The position numbers were made by a program, and so were the translations under genes. Below the pieces are notes generated by a model. That model saw nothing but the letters and a program-made list of their open reading frames with translations. It was not told where the DNA came from and did no database searches. Shown here one piece after another: positions 49,513 to 58,424 of a DNA stretch of 64,000 bases. The first letter of the stretch is position 1. Every line of letters starts with the position of its first letter. The stretch lies in assembly GCA_963754945.1 (NCBI GenBank), contig CAVWIG010000031.1, forward strand, positions 1 to 64,000, written 5' to 3'. The DNA is from Methanotrichaceae archaeon. GTDB taxonomy: Archaea; Halobacteriota; Methanosarcinia; Methanotrichales; Methanotrichaceae.

Positions 49513-51000
49513 CTATTGAATCAATTCCTTTGACAGTTGCAATATTGTGATATCATAATCAGCCTTATTAAATGTCAATCCTGGAAATCCTCTTACTGTT
49601 TTATCCTCAACCTTCAATGTGCTATCCTTAACCTTCAATTTGCCTACCATTGGTTTTCTACCTAACAACGTTGTGATTAGATGTCTGAATCTGTACCTAT
49701 TTTCAAGGTTACCCCCGGTTAGGTTCGCCCATTCTGTAAATTTCTCAAATAATTCAGTTGTTGATATATTCATATCATAACCGTCATCGTCGCAAAATAA
49801 CTCGAAGAAGGTTGTAACTGAATTTATTAGAGTTTCTTCATCTTCTTCTTCTTGCTCAGGATGTCTATCTGGTATCTTGCCTAAAGCTATTATACCTGGC
49901 ATTCTTTTAGCAATTATATTTAGCAGACCAGATAGTTCTTCCGGAGTGGTCATCTTTTCTAAGATTTTGGGATCATCCTGGCGTTGGTTGAGTTTGGATG
50001 AGTCTACACTGGACACGAATTTGTAAGGTAAGAATGTCTTTCTGTATCTTCTCTTGAACCCATACGAGGCATCAGCGAATTTTGGAATACTGTTGCCTTT
50101 GAATAACATCTTGGTGAACGGTAAGTATCTGCACCTGTTCTTCTCATACTTTACATCACTTGATATTCTGTCCCCTCCGGAGATCTCCTTTATCTTACCT
50201 GTTCCTGAAGCATTGACTGATTCAACTTCATTCACTATAGAGAACCTAGCGTTTTCTAAGTTGCTTAATGCAAATCTGCCTTCAGAAACTTCTCTTAATG
50301 ATAGGCCTTCGATTGATTTTGCACCATAAAATTTCTCTATAAGGTGAACATATTGGCTTGATCCCGTAGAACCATGGCCTATTATGAAACCTATGAACAT
50401 CAGCGCCTTTCTATATGCACCTGAAGCTAAGATATCAAACAGCGTCTCATGGTCTGCTTCAATAGGCGTAATGGAATTGATGAACTTGCTAATCTCTGGA
50501 CAGGTTGCATCTGGGTTATAAGTGACAGGTATAGGATCTGTGATATAATCTTCTTTCTTGTAATCTCTGAAGGTTCCCGTATCAAGTTCCAATACTCCGT
50601 TTTGACAACCTAATAGATTTGGATATGGATCAAATATAACAGGATGCAACGATAGTTCAATTCTGATCAATGCTAATACCTCTGATCTGGCGTATTTTAA
50701 CGCCTTATCTCCAACTGCATTCTTTAAGAAAAATTCAATAATCTGTACACCATTTTTCCTGTAAATCTTGCCATCAAATATATAAATCGTTTCATCATTT
50801 TCACGCATAGCAAGAGTGCATTTCTCTAATATCGCGTTGGCTGCTTTGGTTGGGCTTAGTTTCATAATTTCCTTTCCTGTATCCTTATCAAATTTTCCTG
50901 TGCCATATAGTAATTCATCTGTGGTTATATTAGGCAATACAGGTAATACAGTGCTATTAATTTCTGTTGTTATATTATTATTGCTAGACATATAATTCAT
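49513..51000 (-). CDS. P4/D5-like SF3 helicase (D5_N + ATPase)
   Basis: LLGCQNGVLEL and YNPDATCP; degenerate Walker A GHGSTGSS; IVNEV and KEISGGDRI motifs. Confidence 0.9.
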   Translation of the reverse strand: MNYMSSNNNITTEINSTVLPVLPNITTDELLYGTGKFDKDTGKEIMKLSPTKAANAILEKCTLAMRENDETIYIFDGKIYRKNGVQIIEFFLKNAVGDKALKYARSEVLALIRIELSLHPVIFDPYPNLLGCQNGVLELDTGTFRDYKKEDYITDPIPVTYNPDATCPEISKFINSITPIEADHETLFDILASGAYRKALMFIGFIIGHGSTGSSQYVHLIEKFYGAKSIEGLSLREVSEGRFALSNLENARFSIVNEVESVNASGTGKIKEISGGDRISSDVKYEKNRCRYLPFTKMLFKGNSIPKFADASYGFKRRYRKTFLPYKFVSSVDSSKLNQRQDDPKILEKMTTPEELSGLLNIIAKRMPGIIALGKIPDRHPEQEEEDEETLINSVTTFFELFCDDDGYDMNISTTELFEKFTEWANLTGGNLENRYRFRHLITTLLGRKPMVGKLKVKDSTLKVEDKTVRGFPGLTFNKADYDITILQLSKELIQ

Positions 51001-51016
51001 TCCTCGTATTTTGGTT

Positions 51017-51277
51017 TTATACTAATGTTGATTTACTGAAATAGTCTTCGTGTTTTTGTATACTTACGATAGCCTTAACCAGGTTGGTGATGATTTTACC
51101 TGATTTAATTTCAAAAAACAACAATGGACATCTTATTTCTACAAGCTTTGCACAAAATGTTCTGTTATCTGTTCTTCTACAAAATACTATTTCATTTAAC
51201 AGGTTATTCTCTATTGTCTCACAAAATTCTTCATCGTCATGATTAATATATACAGTAGTCATTCTAATCATCCTCAT
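51017..51277 (-). CDS. Hypothetical protein, possible Sm/Hfq-like barrel
   Basis: IVFCRRTDNRTFCAKLVEI..LLFFE..IITNLVKAIVSI pattern. Confidence 0.55.
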   Translation of the reverse strand: MRMIRMTTVYINHDDEEFCETIENNLLNEIVFCRRTDNRTFCAKLVEIRCPLLFFEIKSGKIITNLVKAIVSIQKHEDYFSKSTLV

Positions 51278-51333
51278 TCCTTAATCAAATCTATTCATGT
51301 TAAAAAATAGTTGGTATTCGTTATCGATTTTTC

Positions 51334-51612
51334 TTATTCTATTGTTGCTTCGTCTACCAATTCTGCTATCACATTATTCATTCTCTCTCTGTTTTCAGCT
51401 TGGTTGATCATTATGTTGAGAATCAGCCTCAGAACCTCAATATTTTCTACTTCTTCCGCTAAATCTAATATATCTTGCAATGTCAGCAGGCGACAGTAGT
51501 CCATTTCTCTAAGTTGTGAATCTGTTGCCTCTTCTATCACGCTGTCAAACGCGTATTGTTCAAGATCTTTAATTTCTTGCTCTGTTAAAATTGATTCATT
51601 ATTGTTACACAT
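51334..51612 (-). CDS. Acidic hypothetical protein
   Basis: GGTGA RBS; very Glu/Asp-rich. Confidence 0.7.
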   Translation of the reverse strand: MCNNNESILTEQEIKDLEQYAFDSVIEEATDSQLREMDYCRLLTLQDILDLAEEVENIEVLRLILNIMINQAENRERMNNVIAELVDEATIE

Positions 51613-51740
51613 GATTATTCACCTTTAAAATGTTGGTATTCGTTAGCGATCTTACGAACCCAGTATCAGTGAGGATAGTGATGCCAAACACTATAAACTA
51701 ATGCTGGGTGTGGAAACATAATGTTATTCGTTATTGATTC

Positions 51741-51965
51741 TTAAGAGATGCCTCTGGACCATTCGTGACCTGCTGGCTTTATAACCGCTTCTCCAAATTT
51801 AATAATATTGGGGATATAGACATAACAGAATACCTGCCTTCCAAGCTCAAGTTGTATATATGCTCCCATGGTGCTTGTTAGAATGCCTTTATAATACTCG
51901 TTGCTGTTCAATTTCAATCTAACTTCTTGTCCTTTATGTTGGGATAAATATTCTTCCAGTATCAT
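51741..51965 (-). CDS. Possible LSm/Hfq-fold protein
   Basis: LSQHKGQEVRLKLNSNEYYKGIL resembles the Sm1 motif; YVYIPNI is Sm2-like. Confidence 0.55.
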   Translation of the reverse strand: MILEEYLSQHKGQEVRLKLNSNEYYKGILTSTMGAYIQLELGRQVFCYVYIPNIIKFGEAVIKPAGHEWSRGIS

Positions 51966-52297
51966 AGTTTTTCCCCCAATTCTGACAATTTTTGTTTTAC
52001 GTTTCTTAATCTCTGAATTGATAACAATCGTTCTTCTAACTTTGTAGCCAGCTTTTGATTGCGTTTTGTTTCCTCTTCCATTTGCTCCATGAGTTCCTCA
52101 TTTTTGTCCTCTGGATCAGGTTCAGCTTCATCTACCAACTTATCTTCTTTTTGAATTATTGAGGGGTCGAACGCTGCAGGATTGAAAATTAACTCAGTTT
52201 TTTCTTGCTTCTTGATGACCTTATCTCTGTTCTGAAATTGTAAATACGCTTCTCGCTGTGCATCCTGCAAATTGCAAAAAATTTTGGTCTTTTCCAT
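51962..52297 (-). CDS. Coiled-coil hypothetical protein
   Basis: Operon coupling; C-terminal heptads. Confidence 0.7.
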   Translation of the reverse strand: MEKTKIFCNLQDAQREAYLQFQNRDKVIKKQEKTELIFNPAAFDPSIIQKEDKLVDEAEPDPEDKNEELMEQMEEETKRNQKLATKLEERLLSIQRLRNVKQKLSELGEKL

Positions 52298-52300
52298 ACT

Positions 52301-52741
52301 TTATGCACCTTCTATGATCCTCATCGACTGCTGGTACTCCTGGTTCAAGCTCAGGCCTGTAGATTCATCTATACTTGACCATACCTCAACTTCTTTCTCT
52401 ATTTGTGAGACATTGGACTTGAAAACCATTGTATTCATGCGTCTATTAAACAATTTTTCTACGTGCTTGAGGTTTTCTTTTGCTATTGCTACTGCTGATT
52501 CGCGTTCGTTTGCCTCCAGGTTTTTATATAATTGGTACGCAGTGTCATTATTATTTGTTACTATTTCCTTAATTAGATTCTCATCATCAGATTTTATTAC
52601 TGGTTGCTGGGATTTGATTTCGAGAACATTCTTGACTTCTTCATAATCAGTAGCCATGCTTTTTAGAACATTATACTCCTTCATCGTGATCATTTTGTTG
52701 TTCATTAAATTATTTAATTCCTGTAATGTAAAGTCCCTCAT
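52301..52741 (-). CDS. Hypothetical helical protein
   Basis: GGTGAT RBS. Confidence 0.7.
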   Translation of the reverse strand: MRDFTLQELNNLMNNKMITMKEYNVLKSMATDYEEVKNVLEIKSQQPVIKSDDENLIKEIVTNNNDTAYQLYKNLEANERESAVAIAKENLKHVEKLFNRRMNTMVFKSNVSQIEKEVEVWSSIDESTGLSLNQEYQQSMRIIEGA

Positions 52742-52747
52742 TTTATA

Positions 52748-52909
52748 TCACCTATTAAATTCTTCTGGTTTGTGCTTATTCATAAATTCATTCAAGGCCA
52801 TTTTGCATAGGTCTGTAAACCTTAGGCCACTTTTCTTCATGAACGCTTCTATTATTGCATCTTCTGCAAAACTTACTGACATGCTTCGTCCATACTTTTT
52901 AACAACCAT
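52748..52909 (-). CDS. Ribbon-helix-helix (CopG-like) regulator, 53 aa (not in ORF track)
   Basis: MVVKKYGRSMSVSFAEDAIIEAFMKKSGLRFTDLCKMALNEFM; GGTGATT RBS; first gene of the replication operon. Confidence 0.75.
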   Translation of the reverse strand: MVVKKYGRSMSVSFAEDAIIEAFMKKSGLRFTDLCKMALNEFMNKHKPEEFNR

Positions 52910-53383
52910 TTTTAATCACCTTAATTAATCACTTGTTAATATTCAAACTTTAAAAAAAGACATTCAACACAACGAAAAGAAAAGAATTAAAAAGATGTAA
53001 CTCTTTCACTTCTATTCCTCTTCTCAATTATAGCAACACCACTTTTCGCTATGCGATGGCATCGATATGCAGTGGCATTATGAAAAGTCACCAATATCAG
53101 TAGCCATTTTATAACGATTAATCATTGGAATATATTAGATGCTTGCCATTTTTCCAAAATCCATTAATCTGGGCCCATTTTGTAATAAGTAACACTGTTA
53201 TAGTTGCAATTCCCGGTATTCATATTCGAAGACTAATGGGGGGGGCCAAGATGTGCTCCTTTTTATATTATATACTGAATAGCAGCATAACAATAACCCC
53301 CCGTTTGTCTGCCAATGGTAGCAATGATGAATGAAGAAATATTATTTCAAGGTAGTAATAATAGTGGCAAAAAAATAACGCGA

Positions 53384-55540
53384 TTAAAGCTTCAAGGTTA
53401 ATGGAGGGAATAGAGCTTTGATCGCATCAACGCTGGTCCTGTCCTTTTTGGTCATGGAATATTTCTTGGACTGGATAGCTTCATTGGTTTTCAGGCTGCT
53501 TTTGACCTGGCGTTTACTGAGTGTCATACCATAGAGTTGATAGTAGACCTGGATTAAGCAAGGCAAGTTAGCGTTTAACTGTAGCATTTGGTATTGTTCA
53601 TAGAGAGTCATTGGTTTACCTGGAGGTGGGTCCCCTTTTTTGTACCGGGGTTTGACTCCTATCTGGGTTGGCACATCAGAAGTTACTTCGAAATCCTTAG
53701 GTACAATCAATAACCCATCCATTCCTTGCAATTTGGGTAATGGAACGTCCTGAGCAAACACAAGGCTATAGAATGTATCCTGACCTGATAAGAGTAGATC
53801 GATGACCCTGGTAATCTTCCAAGTTACCTCAAACATCCTGATTTTATGGTCCCGATGGCGCAACTTGGCATCCTTGTAATATGTGGTGTTAGACACTGGT
53901 TTGTTATCAGTGTACTCCTTTAGTACATCATCACTAAGTTTAATATCGTCATCATGGGTAGGTATGTCCTTTTTATCATCCTCTAGAATTTCATCCTCAA
54001 TTTTATCAATCTCAGATGGTTTGGCTGATGGAAATACGCCTGTGACTCGTTGATATTTGGACCTGGGAATATGTAATGGCAGTGCGCACTTCAGGCGGCA
54101 ATTATCCTTGAATTCTAATTTGAGATGGCTTCCTTTGAAACCTGAAACTGTTTCGTCTCGTGTGTGGCAGTCGTCACCTGTTTGGTCTTTAGGAGATTTA
54201 CAATTGGAGCAGTCAGCTTTGGTCCAACGATTGTTATTCCAAATTTGGCATGGACCTATGTAGTATTTCAGTGAGTACTCGTATTCCTGGTGCTTATGTT
54301 TGGCGTTAAATTCGTTGATGATCATTAATTCAGTTTGAATGTTGTAAGATTGGTGCATTCCTCCATTGGTAGCCTTTACTCTTACCTGTCCTGGGAATGA
54401 GTAGTTGATCTTGTTTTTGTTCCCCACTGTATCCTCGCTGGTTATAGGCGTTTTGGCGCTCCATTTAGTAGATTCCTGGACGTAGTGATGATAAGGTGGC
54501 TCACCTGTTGCTTCATCATACTTCGTGAGTTTTTGTTTAAGCTTTGATATATCGCACCCCATGCGATACACCTTGTGATGAACTGGATGAATTAAACGGG
54601 AATCGTTATCGTAGATTAGACAAATGTGTTCAGGTCTACTATCAACGATATAGCACCTACCACGATCAAACCTGCGTATTTCCTGTAGTTCACTATCAAC
54701 ACAATATCCTAGAGCACTATCCTCCTTTTTGGTGTCGTATACCTTTTTTGGGTAGTGGCTTTGTGGGAAAGCAGTTTGGGTATAGAGCAGTTTACCAGTG
54801 TGTTTACCTTTGTGCATGTTATTGTCGCTGTAGTGATTGAATCGCCTGAATGGATCGATACACTTAGGCTCAGAATAAGGTGTCCAAACATGGTCAACTA
54901 TCCTGGAAACCAAACCCAGCTTATTAGATTCGCGCCAGATATCAACAGAGCCATTTATATTAATCAAGTGATCCTGGGAATCAGTGAACTCAAACTGGTA
55001 ATCCTTGTTATCCCAATATGCTTCGTACATTTTGGGTGCGACCAGAGGAGTCTGGGATCTGTCCCTGGCATCAGGTATATCAGGTGTTACCTCATCAATA
55101 TGGATTACATTGCAATCATCGACAAGATAGGTGTCCCATATTTTAACGAAATCTCTGGTCAGTTCGTGGTATTTCCTGGGTATATCCTTAGCTGGTTTAG
55201 TATACACGACTTCAAATTCGTGATCACCAAAATCTGTGACTAATTTGAATGCCCTCAGGTTCGCGATTTGTTCGAGATACTCAGTATAAGTGTAGTGTTC
55301 ACGCCTTGGATCAGCAGCTAAGAATACATTAGGTTGTGCGATTGGATTTAGTGGAGCAGAATATACCTTATGCAATTCCTTATTGTAACTATAAGGGGGA
55401 GCTTCATACGAATACTCCTTGTGTTTGCGAACCTGTTTGCTTATAACTTTGCATCCTGCATATTTGTCCCTTATGGCTTGTAACGCTGCAATGACAGCAA
55501 CATCATAATGAGTTACTGCATTGGTATCTGTTACTGTCAT
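53384..55540 (-). CDS. Large orphan protein (718 aa)
   Basis: Long ORF with GAGGTGAT RBS; no motif recognised. Confidence 0.8.
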   Translation of the reverse strand: MTVTDTNAVTHYDVAVIAALQAIRDKYAGCKVISKQVRKHKEYSYEAPPYSYNKELHKVYSAPLNPIAQPNVFLAADPRREHYTYTEYLEQIANLRAFKLVTDFGDHEFEVVYTKPAKDIPRKYHELTRDFVKIWDTYLVDDCNVIHIDEVTPDIPDARDRSQTPLVAPKMYEAYWDNKDYQFEFTDSQDHLININGSVDIWRESNKLGLVSRIVDHVWTPYSEPKCIDPFRRFNHYSDNNMHKGKHTGKLLYTQTAFPQSHYPKKVYDTKKEDSALGYCVDSELQEIRRFDRGRCYIVDSRPEHICLIYDNDSRLIHPVHHKVYRMGCDISKLKQKLTKYDEATGEPPYHHYVQESTKWSAKTPITSEDTVGNKNKINYSFPGQVRVKATNGGMHQSYNIQTELMIINEFNAKHKHQEYEYSLKYYIGPCQIWNNNRWTKADCSNCKSPKDQTGDDCHTRDETVSGFKGSHLKLEFKDNCRLKCALPLHIPRSKYQRVTGVFPSAKPSEIDKIEDEILEDDKKDIPTHDDDIKLSDDVLKEYTDNKPVSNTTYYKDAKLRHRDHKIRMFEVTWKITRVIDLLLSGQDTFYSLVFAQDVPLPKLQGMDGLLIVPKDFEVTSDVPTQIGVKPRYKKGDPPPGKPMTLYEQYQMLQLNANLPCLIQVYYQLYGMTLSKRQVKSSLKTNEAIQSKKYSMTKKDRTSVDAIKALFPPLTLKL

Positions 55541-55546
55541 CGTTTA

Positions 55547-55771
55547 TCACCTCTTTAGACTATTAGCAGATTTGGCCATTTTTAACCTCTTTTTATTCGC
55601 CTTTTCCTTTCTAGTACACTCTGCGCATAAGAATGTTATTTTGGGAAATTCCATACGTTTCCAACGACTGTGCTTGCGTTTGGCACAATGTACCACGAAG
55701 ACTATGTTTGCTGGAAGAAAATCTCCTGCAAATTCGAATTTTCGTTGGCAGCCATCACATTCAACGTCCAT
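55547..55771 (-). CDS. Small zinc-finger protein
   Basis: CDGC...CAEC; basic tail. Confidence 0.65.
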   Translation of the reverse strand: MDVECDGCQRKFEFAGDFLPANIVFVVHCAKRKHSRWKRMEFPKITFLCAECTRKEKANKKRLKMAKSANSLKR

Positions 55772-55829
55772 GTTTTTCGTCTCCTCTGCTTTCGCTATTC
55801 ATTGTATTACTACTAGTAGTGGTAACTAT

Positions 55830-56075
55830 TTAAGGTTTTTGCTTCTCCTTGAGTTTTGCCACAAATAGTGTGCGAATTTCGTTAGGAGTCAATCCTAATT
55901 CGCGAAGTGTTTCAACTGTAGCTGCAACAAAGTCATCTATCTCATCTTTCGTAATGACAGGTTCAACTACTCCGTGTCCCCACTTCCTGCTTTGGCAGTT
56001 GGGACACTTAACTGGACTCTTTATTAATTGAGGCCATTCATACCCACATTTTAAGCACTTATGCTTGGGTATCAT
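55830..56075 (-). CDS. Zinc-ribbon protein
   Basis: CLKCGYEW..PVKCPNCQSRKW. Confidence 0.75.
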   Translation of the reverse strand: MIPKHKCLKCGYEWPQLIKSPVKCPNCQSRKWGHGVVEPVITKDEIDDFVAATVETLRELGLTPNEIRTLFVAKLKEKQKP

Positions 56076-56076
56076 C

Positions 56077-57039
56077 TCATTCGCACTCCTTAATCCACTT
56101 TTCTAGCAACGTTTTCAGTGGTTGGAGACACCTCTCCTTTCTGGGTACTCTCATGAATGGGATGAATGACATCTCTTCTGTTTTAGTTATAGGCTTGACT
56201 CTTGTGCCGTACCATTTCCATTCATTTTTCCACTGCTTCATTAGCTTGGTGTTTTCTACTGCATACTTTCCAGTGGGAACCATTATCTCTTTGGGAACCG
56301 GCAGCTCATGAATCCAGCAACCCCTAACTTTGAGAGGATCATCATCCGGTAGATCATTAGCAACAAACGCTACAATCTCGTTCTTGATACCATTTTTATT
56401 CCAGTAATGTCTGCCTACCCAGTAATCGTCCATCTCGATTCTGAAATCATCATAAGGCTTATCTGGGTTACTCTTGTTATATCGTATTCCGCTAGATTTA
56501 ACCTCAAGCGTGATCACTCGCGATGATTCTACAACCTTAACCATAACAGTGTTTCCCGGTGCTTCTGCTGCTAAATCTGCACCATATCTGAAGATTCTAG
56601 CTGCTTCCTCGCTAAGTTTCTTGCCGCGTTTCCTACGAACCTCATCGTAAAGCTCTTTGCTGAAGTGTATGACATCAGAAGGCGAAGGTTCAGGATATAT
56701 CTCAATTGGGTTTCTAGCGCGCATTAAATTAATTTCAATACCTGTTAAGTAACTTTTGATACCAAGATCAACCAAGATTCTTCTGACAAGTCTAACAGCT
56801 TTCTCGTGATCTGGATCTTCCTTAATGTAATATCCTACAGGTTTTTCCGGAAGTCTGCTCACATAGGTCAGTAGCCTGTGTCCTTTGAAAGTGATAACAG
56901 ACTTACCATCTTCATGCGTTTTCTTACACAGGTGTCTGAGCGTCTCGTATTCACTATCAGTGACATCTATATACACTGGTTCTAGTGTGGCAAACTCGTA
57001 TACTTCTATTTTTACCATCTTTATCATCTCTATTACCAC
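56077..57039 (-). CDS. Hypothetical protein, possible PD-(D/E)xK nuclease
   Basis: HE...GADL...LEVKS spacing. Confidence 0.6.
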   Translation of the reverse strand: MVIEMIKMVKIEVYEFATLEPVYIDVTDSEYETLRHLCKKTHEDGKSVITFKGHRLLTYVSRLPEKPVGYYIKEDPDHEKAVRLVRRILVDLGIKSYLTGIEINLMRARNPIEIYPEPSPSDVIHFSKELYDEVRRKRGKKLSEEAARIFRYGADLAAEAPGNTVMVKVVESSRVITLEVKSSGIRYNKSNPDKPYDDFRIEMDDYWVGRHYWNKNGIKNEIVAFVANDLPDDDPLKVRGCWIHELPVPKEIMVPTGKYAVENTKLMKQWKNEWKWYGTRVKPITKTEEMSFIPFMRVPRKERCLQPLKTLLEKWIKECE

Positions 57040-57109
57040 TACTAATGGTAGTATAACTATTTAAAGATTTCGCTACCACTGTTTGCTGGCACAAGTGGCA
57101 GGTAGTTAT

Positions 57110-57478
57110 TTATAGTTGGAAAATCTCACTGATACTGAAATGGCAGGATATGCCCATTTTGCGTTGATAGGTGTCCATGGTCCAGTTGTTGTGTATCATG
57201 AGTTCACCGTAGCCGTTCCTGGCAAAGTCCTTGATGAGGGTGCCTGTCTCTGGGCGAAAAGATGGCTGCGATATTGACGTCGAACATAAGATGAAAAGCG
57301 CCAATGCAATGAACAGAATGGGACGTGCCAAAGCAACGGTTTCCGGGAAAAGGTGGCTCAAATATGAAGAGAATCGCGACGACACAGAATTGATCACGGA
57401 AGGCAACTCCAATGGTCGTACAACATGCCTCGCTGAGATTTCGTCGTTACTTGAAAGATCGCGTGTTAGCCCCATCAA
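57110..57478 (-). pseudogene. Displaced 5' part of the target gene
   Basis: Matches 40345-40959 up to NNWTMDT, then runs into element sequence and stops. Confidence 0.75.
57170..57253. repeat. Right att direct repeat (84 bp)
   Basis: Identical to 40654-40737. Confidence 0.93.
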
Positions 57479-57514
57479 CCATTGAAATCTACTTAAATAG
57501 AGTTAAGCTTTTCT
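57364..57514 (+). pseudogene. Relic integrase 5' fragment
   Basis: MKRIATTQN*SRK..RYLKDRVLAPSTIEIYLNRVKLF is collinear with the first ~50 codons of the integrase at 40848. Confidence 0.85.
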
Positions 57515-57929
57515 TTTTTTGAAGAGCTTCGTCGGCACGCTATCTTTGAAGGGCTATCCTTGAAGGAACATTGAACCCTAAGAAGATCCACCGAGGGGGT
57601 TAGATAAGTTGCAGGCGAACTTCTGATGATATGGCGGTAATCTTCTTTAATAGAGACTGCTATTGTCCCTTGGCTGGGCGCGGTCTCACCCCCGACATCC
57701 TTTAAAGGCCGTCCCGGCCATTCCTTTAAAACATTCAATAAAATCAAAGTACTTCTGTGCAATCTATTAGGTTGCTTATTGTAATGAATATATTCATCTT
57801 GGAGTCCATAGTGTGCTTATTGGATCTTTGCGAGGTGATGAGGTTCCCATAGCGTAAGCTCCAATGACAACTCAATGGAAACATTTACATATAAGTTATT
57901 AACCATTAATAATGGAGGTTTTCAATACT

Positions 57930-58016
57930 ATGGATACGATGACTATTAGTATCCTAATTTTTTGGGGACTGGCCCTATGGATAATCTCGGGACTAAAGGG
58001 AATAGTCAGAAGCTGA
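57930..58016 (+). CDS. 28-aa single-TM protein
   Basis: MDTMTISILIFWGLALWIISGLKGIVRS; GGAGG RBS. Confidence 0.55.
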   Translation: MDTMTISILIFWGLALWIISGLKGIVRS

Positions 58017-58047
58017 ATGCGAAGCAGCACACCGTCTGGGAGGAATT

Positions 58048-58164
58048 ATGACTGAGGAGAAGGTTCAGGTATTTGCACCAGGCAGCGTTTATCCCCGTTT
58101 CGTAGGGATTGCAGTGCTATTTGTAATTATCATCCTGGCACTGCATGTTCTGGGCTATTGGTAA
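58048..58164 (+). CDS. 38-aa single-TM protein
   Basis: MTEEKVQVFAPGSVYPRFVGIAVLFVIIILALHVLGYW; GGAGG RBS. Confidence 0.65.
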   Translation: MTEEKVQVFAPGSVYPRFVGIAVLFVIIILALHVLGYW

Positions 58165-58289
58165 GTGAAACGATAAGTAAGATCAAACAAAGATATTCCA
58201 AACCGTAGCGGAGCATACGAATCATACGAGACGAATCTTACGAGAGCGCGGTAGCAACTGGTTAGATTTTTTATAAACCAAGGAGCAAT

Positions 58290-58424
58290 ATGCCCGAAGA
58301 AGAGCAACAAAAGAAGATAGATCCATTCGAGATCGGGATCTACGCAATAGAAGTTGCAACAATAGCGGCAATAGTTTACGCGATGATTGCGTTTCCAACG
58401 TGGTTGAAACCAGCCACTCTTTAA
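58290..58424 (+). CDS. 44-aa single-TM protein
   Basis: MPEEEQQKKIDPFEIGIYAIEVATIAAIVYAMIAFPTWLKPATL; AGGAG RBS. Confidence 0.65.
   Translation: MPEEEQQKKIDPFEIGIYAIEVATIAAIVYAMIAFPTWLKPATL

Larger units (their letters stand above)
40654..57253. mobile_element. 16.5-kb integrative element (integrase, Prim-Pol, SF3 helicase)
   Basis: Exact 84-bp direct repeats; integrase next to the left repeat; AT-rich and orphan-rich interior. Confidence 0.93.
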
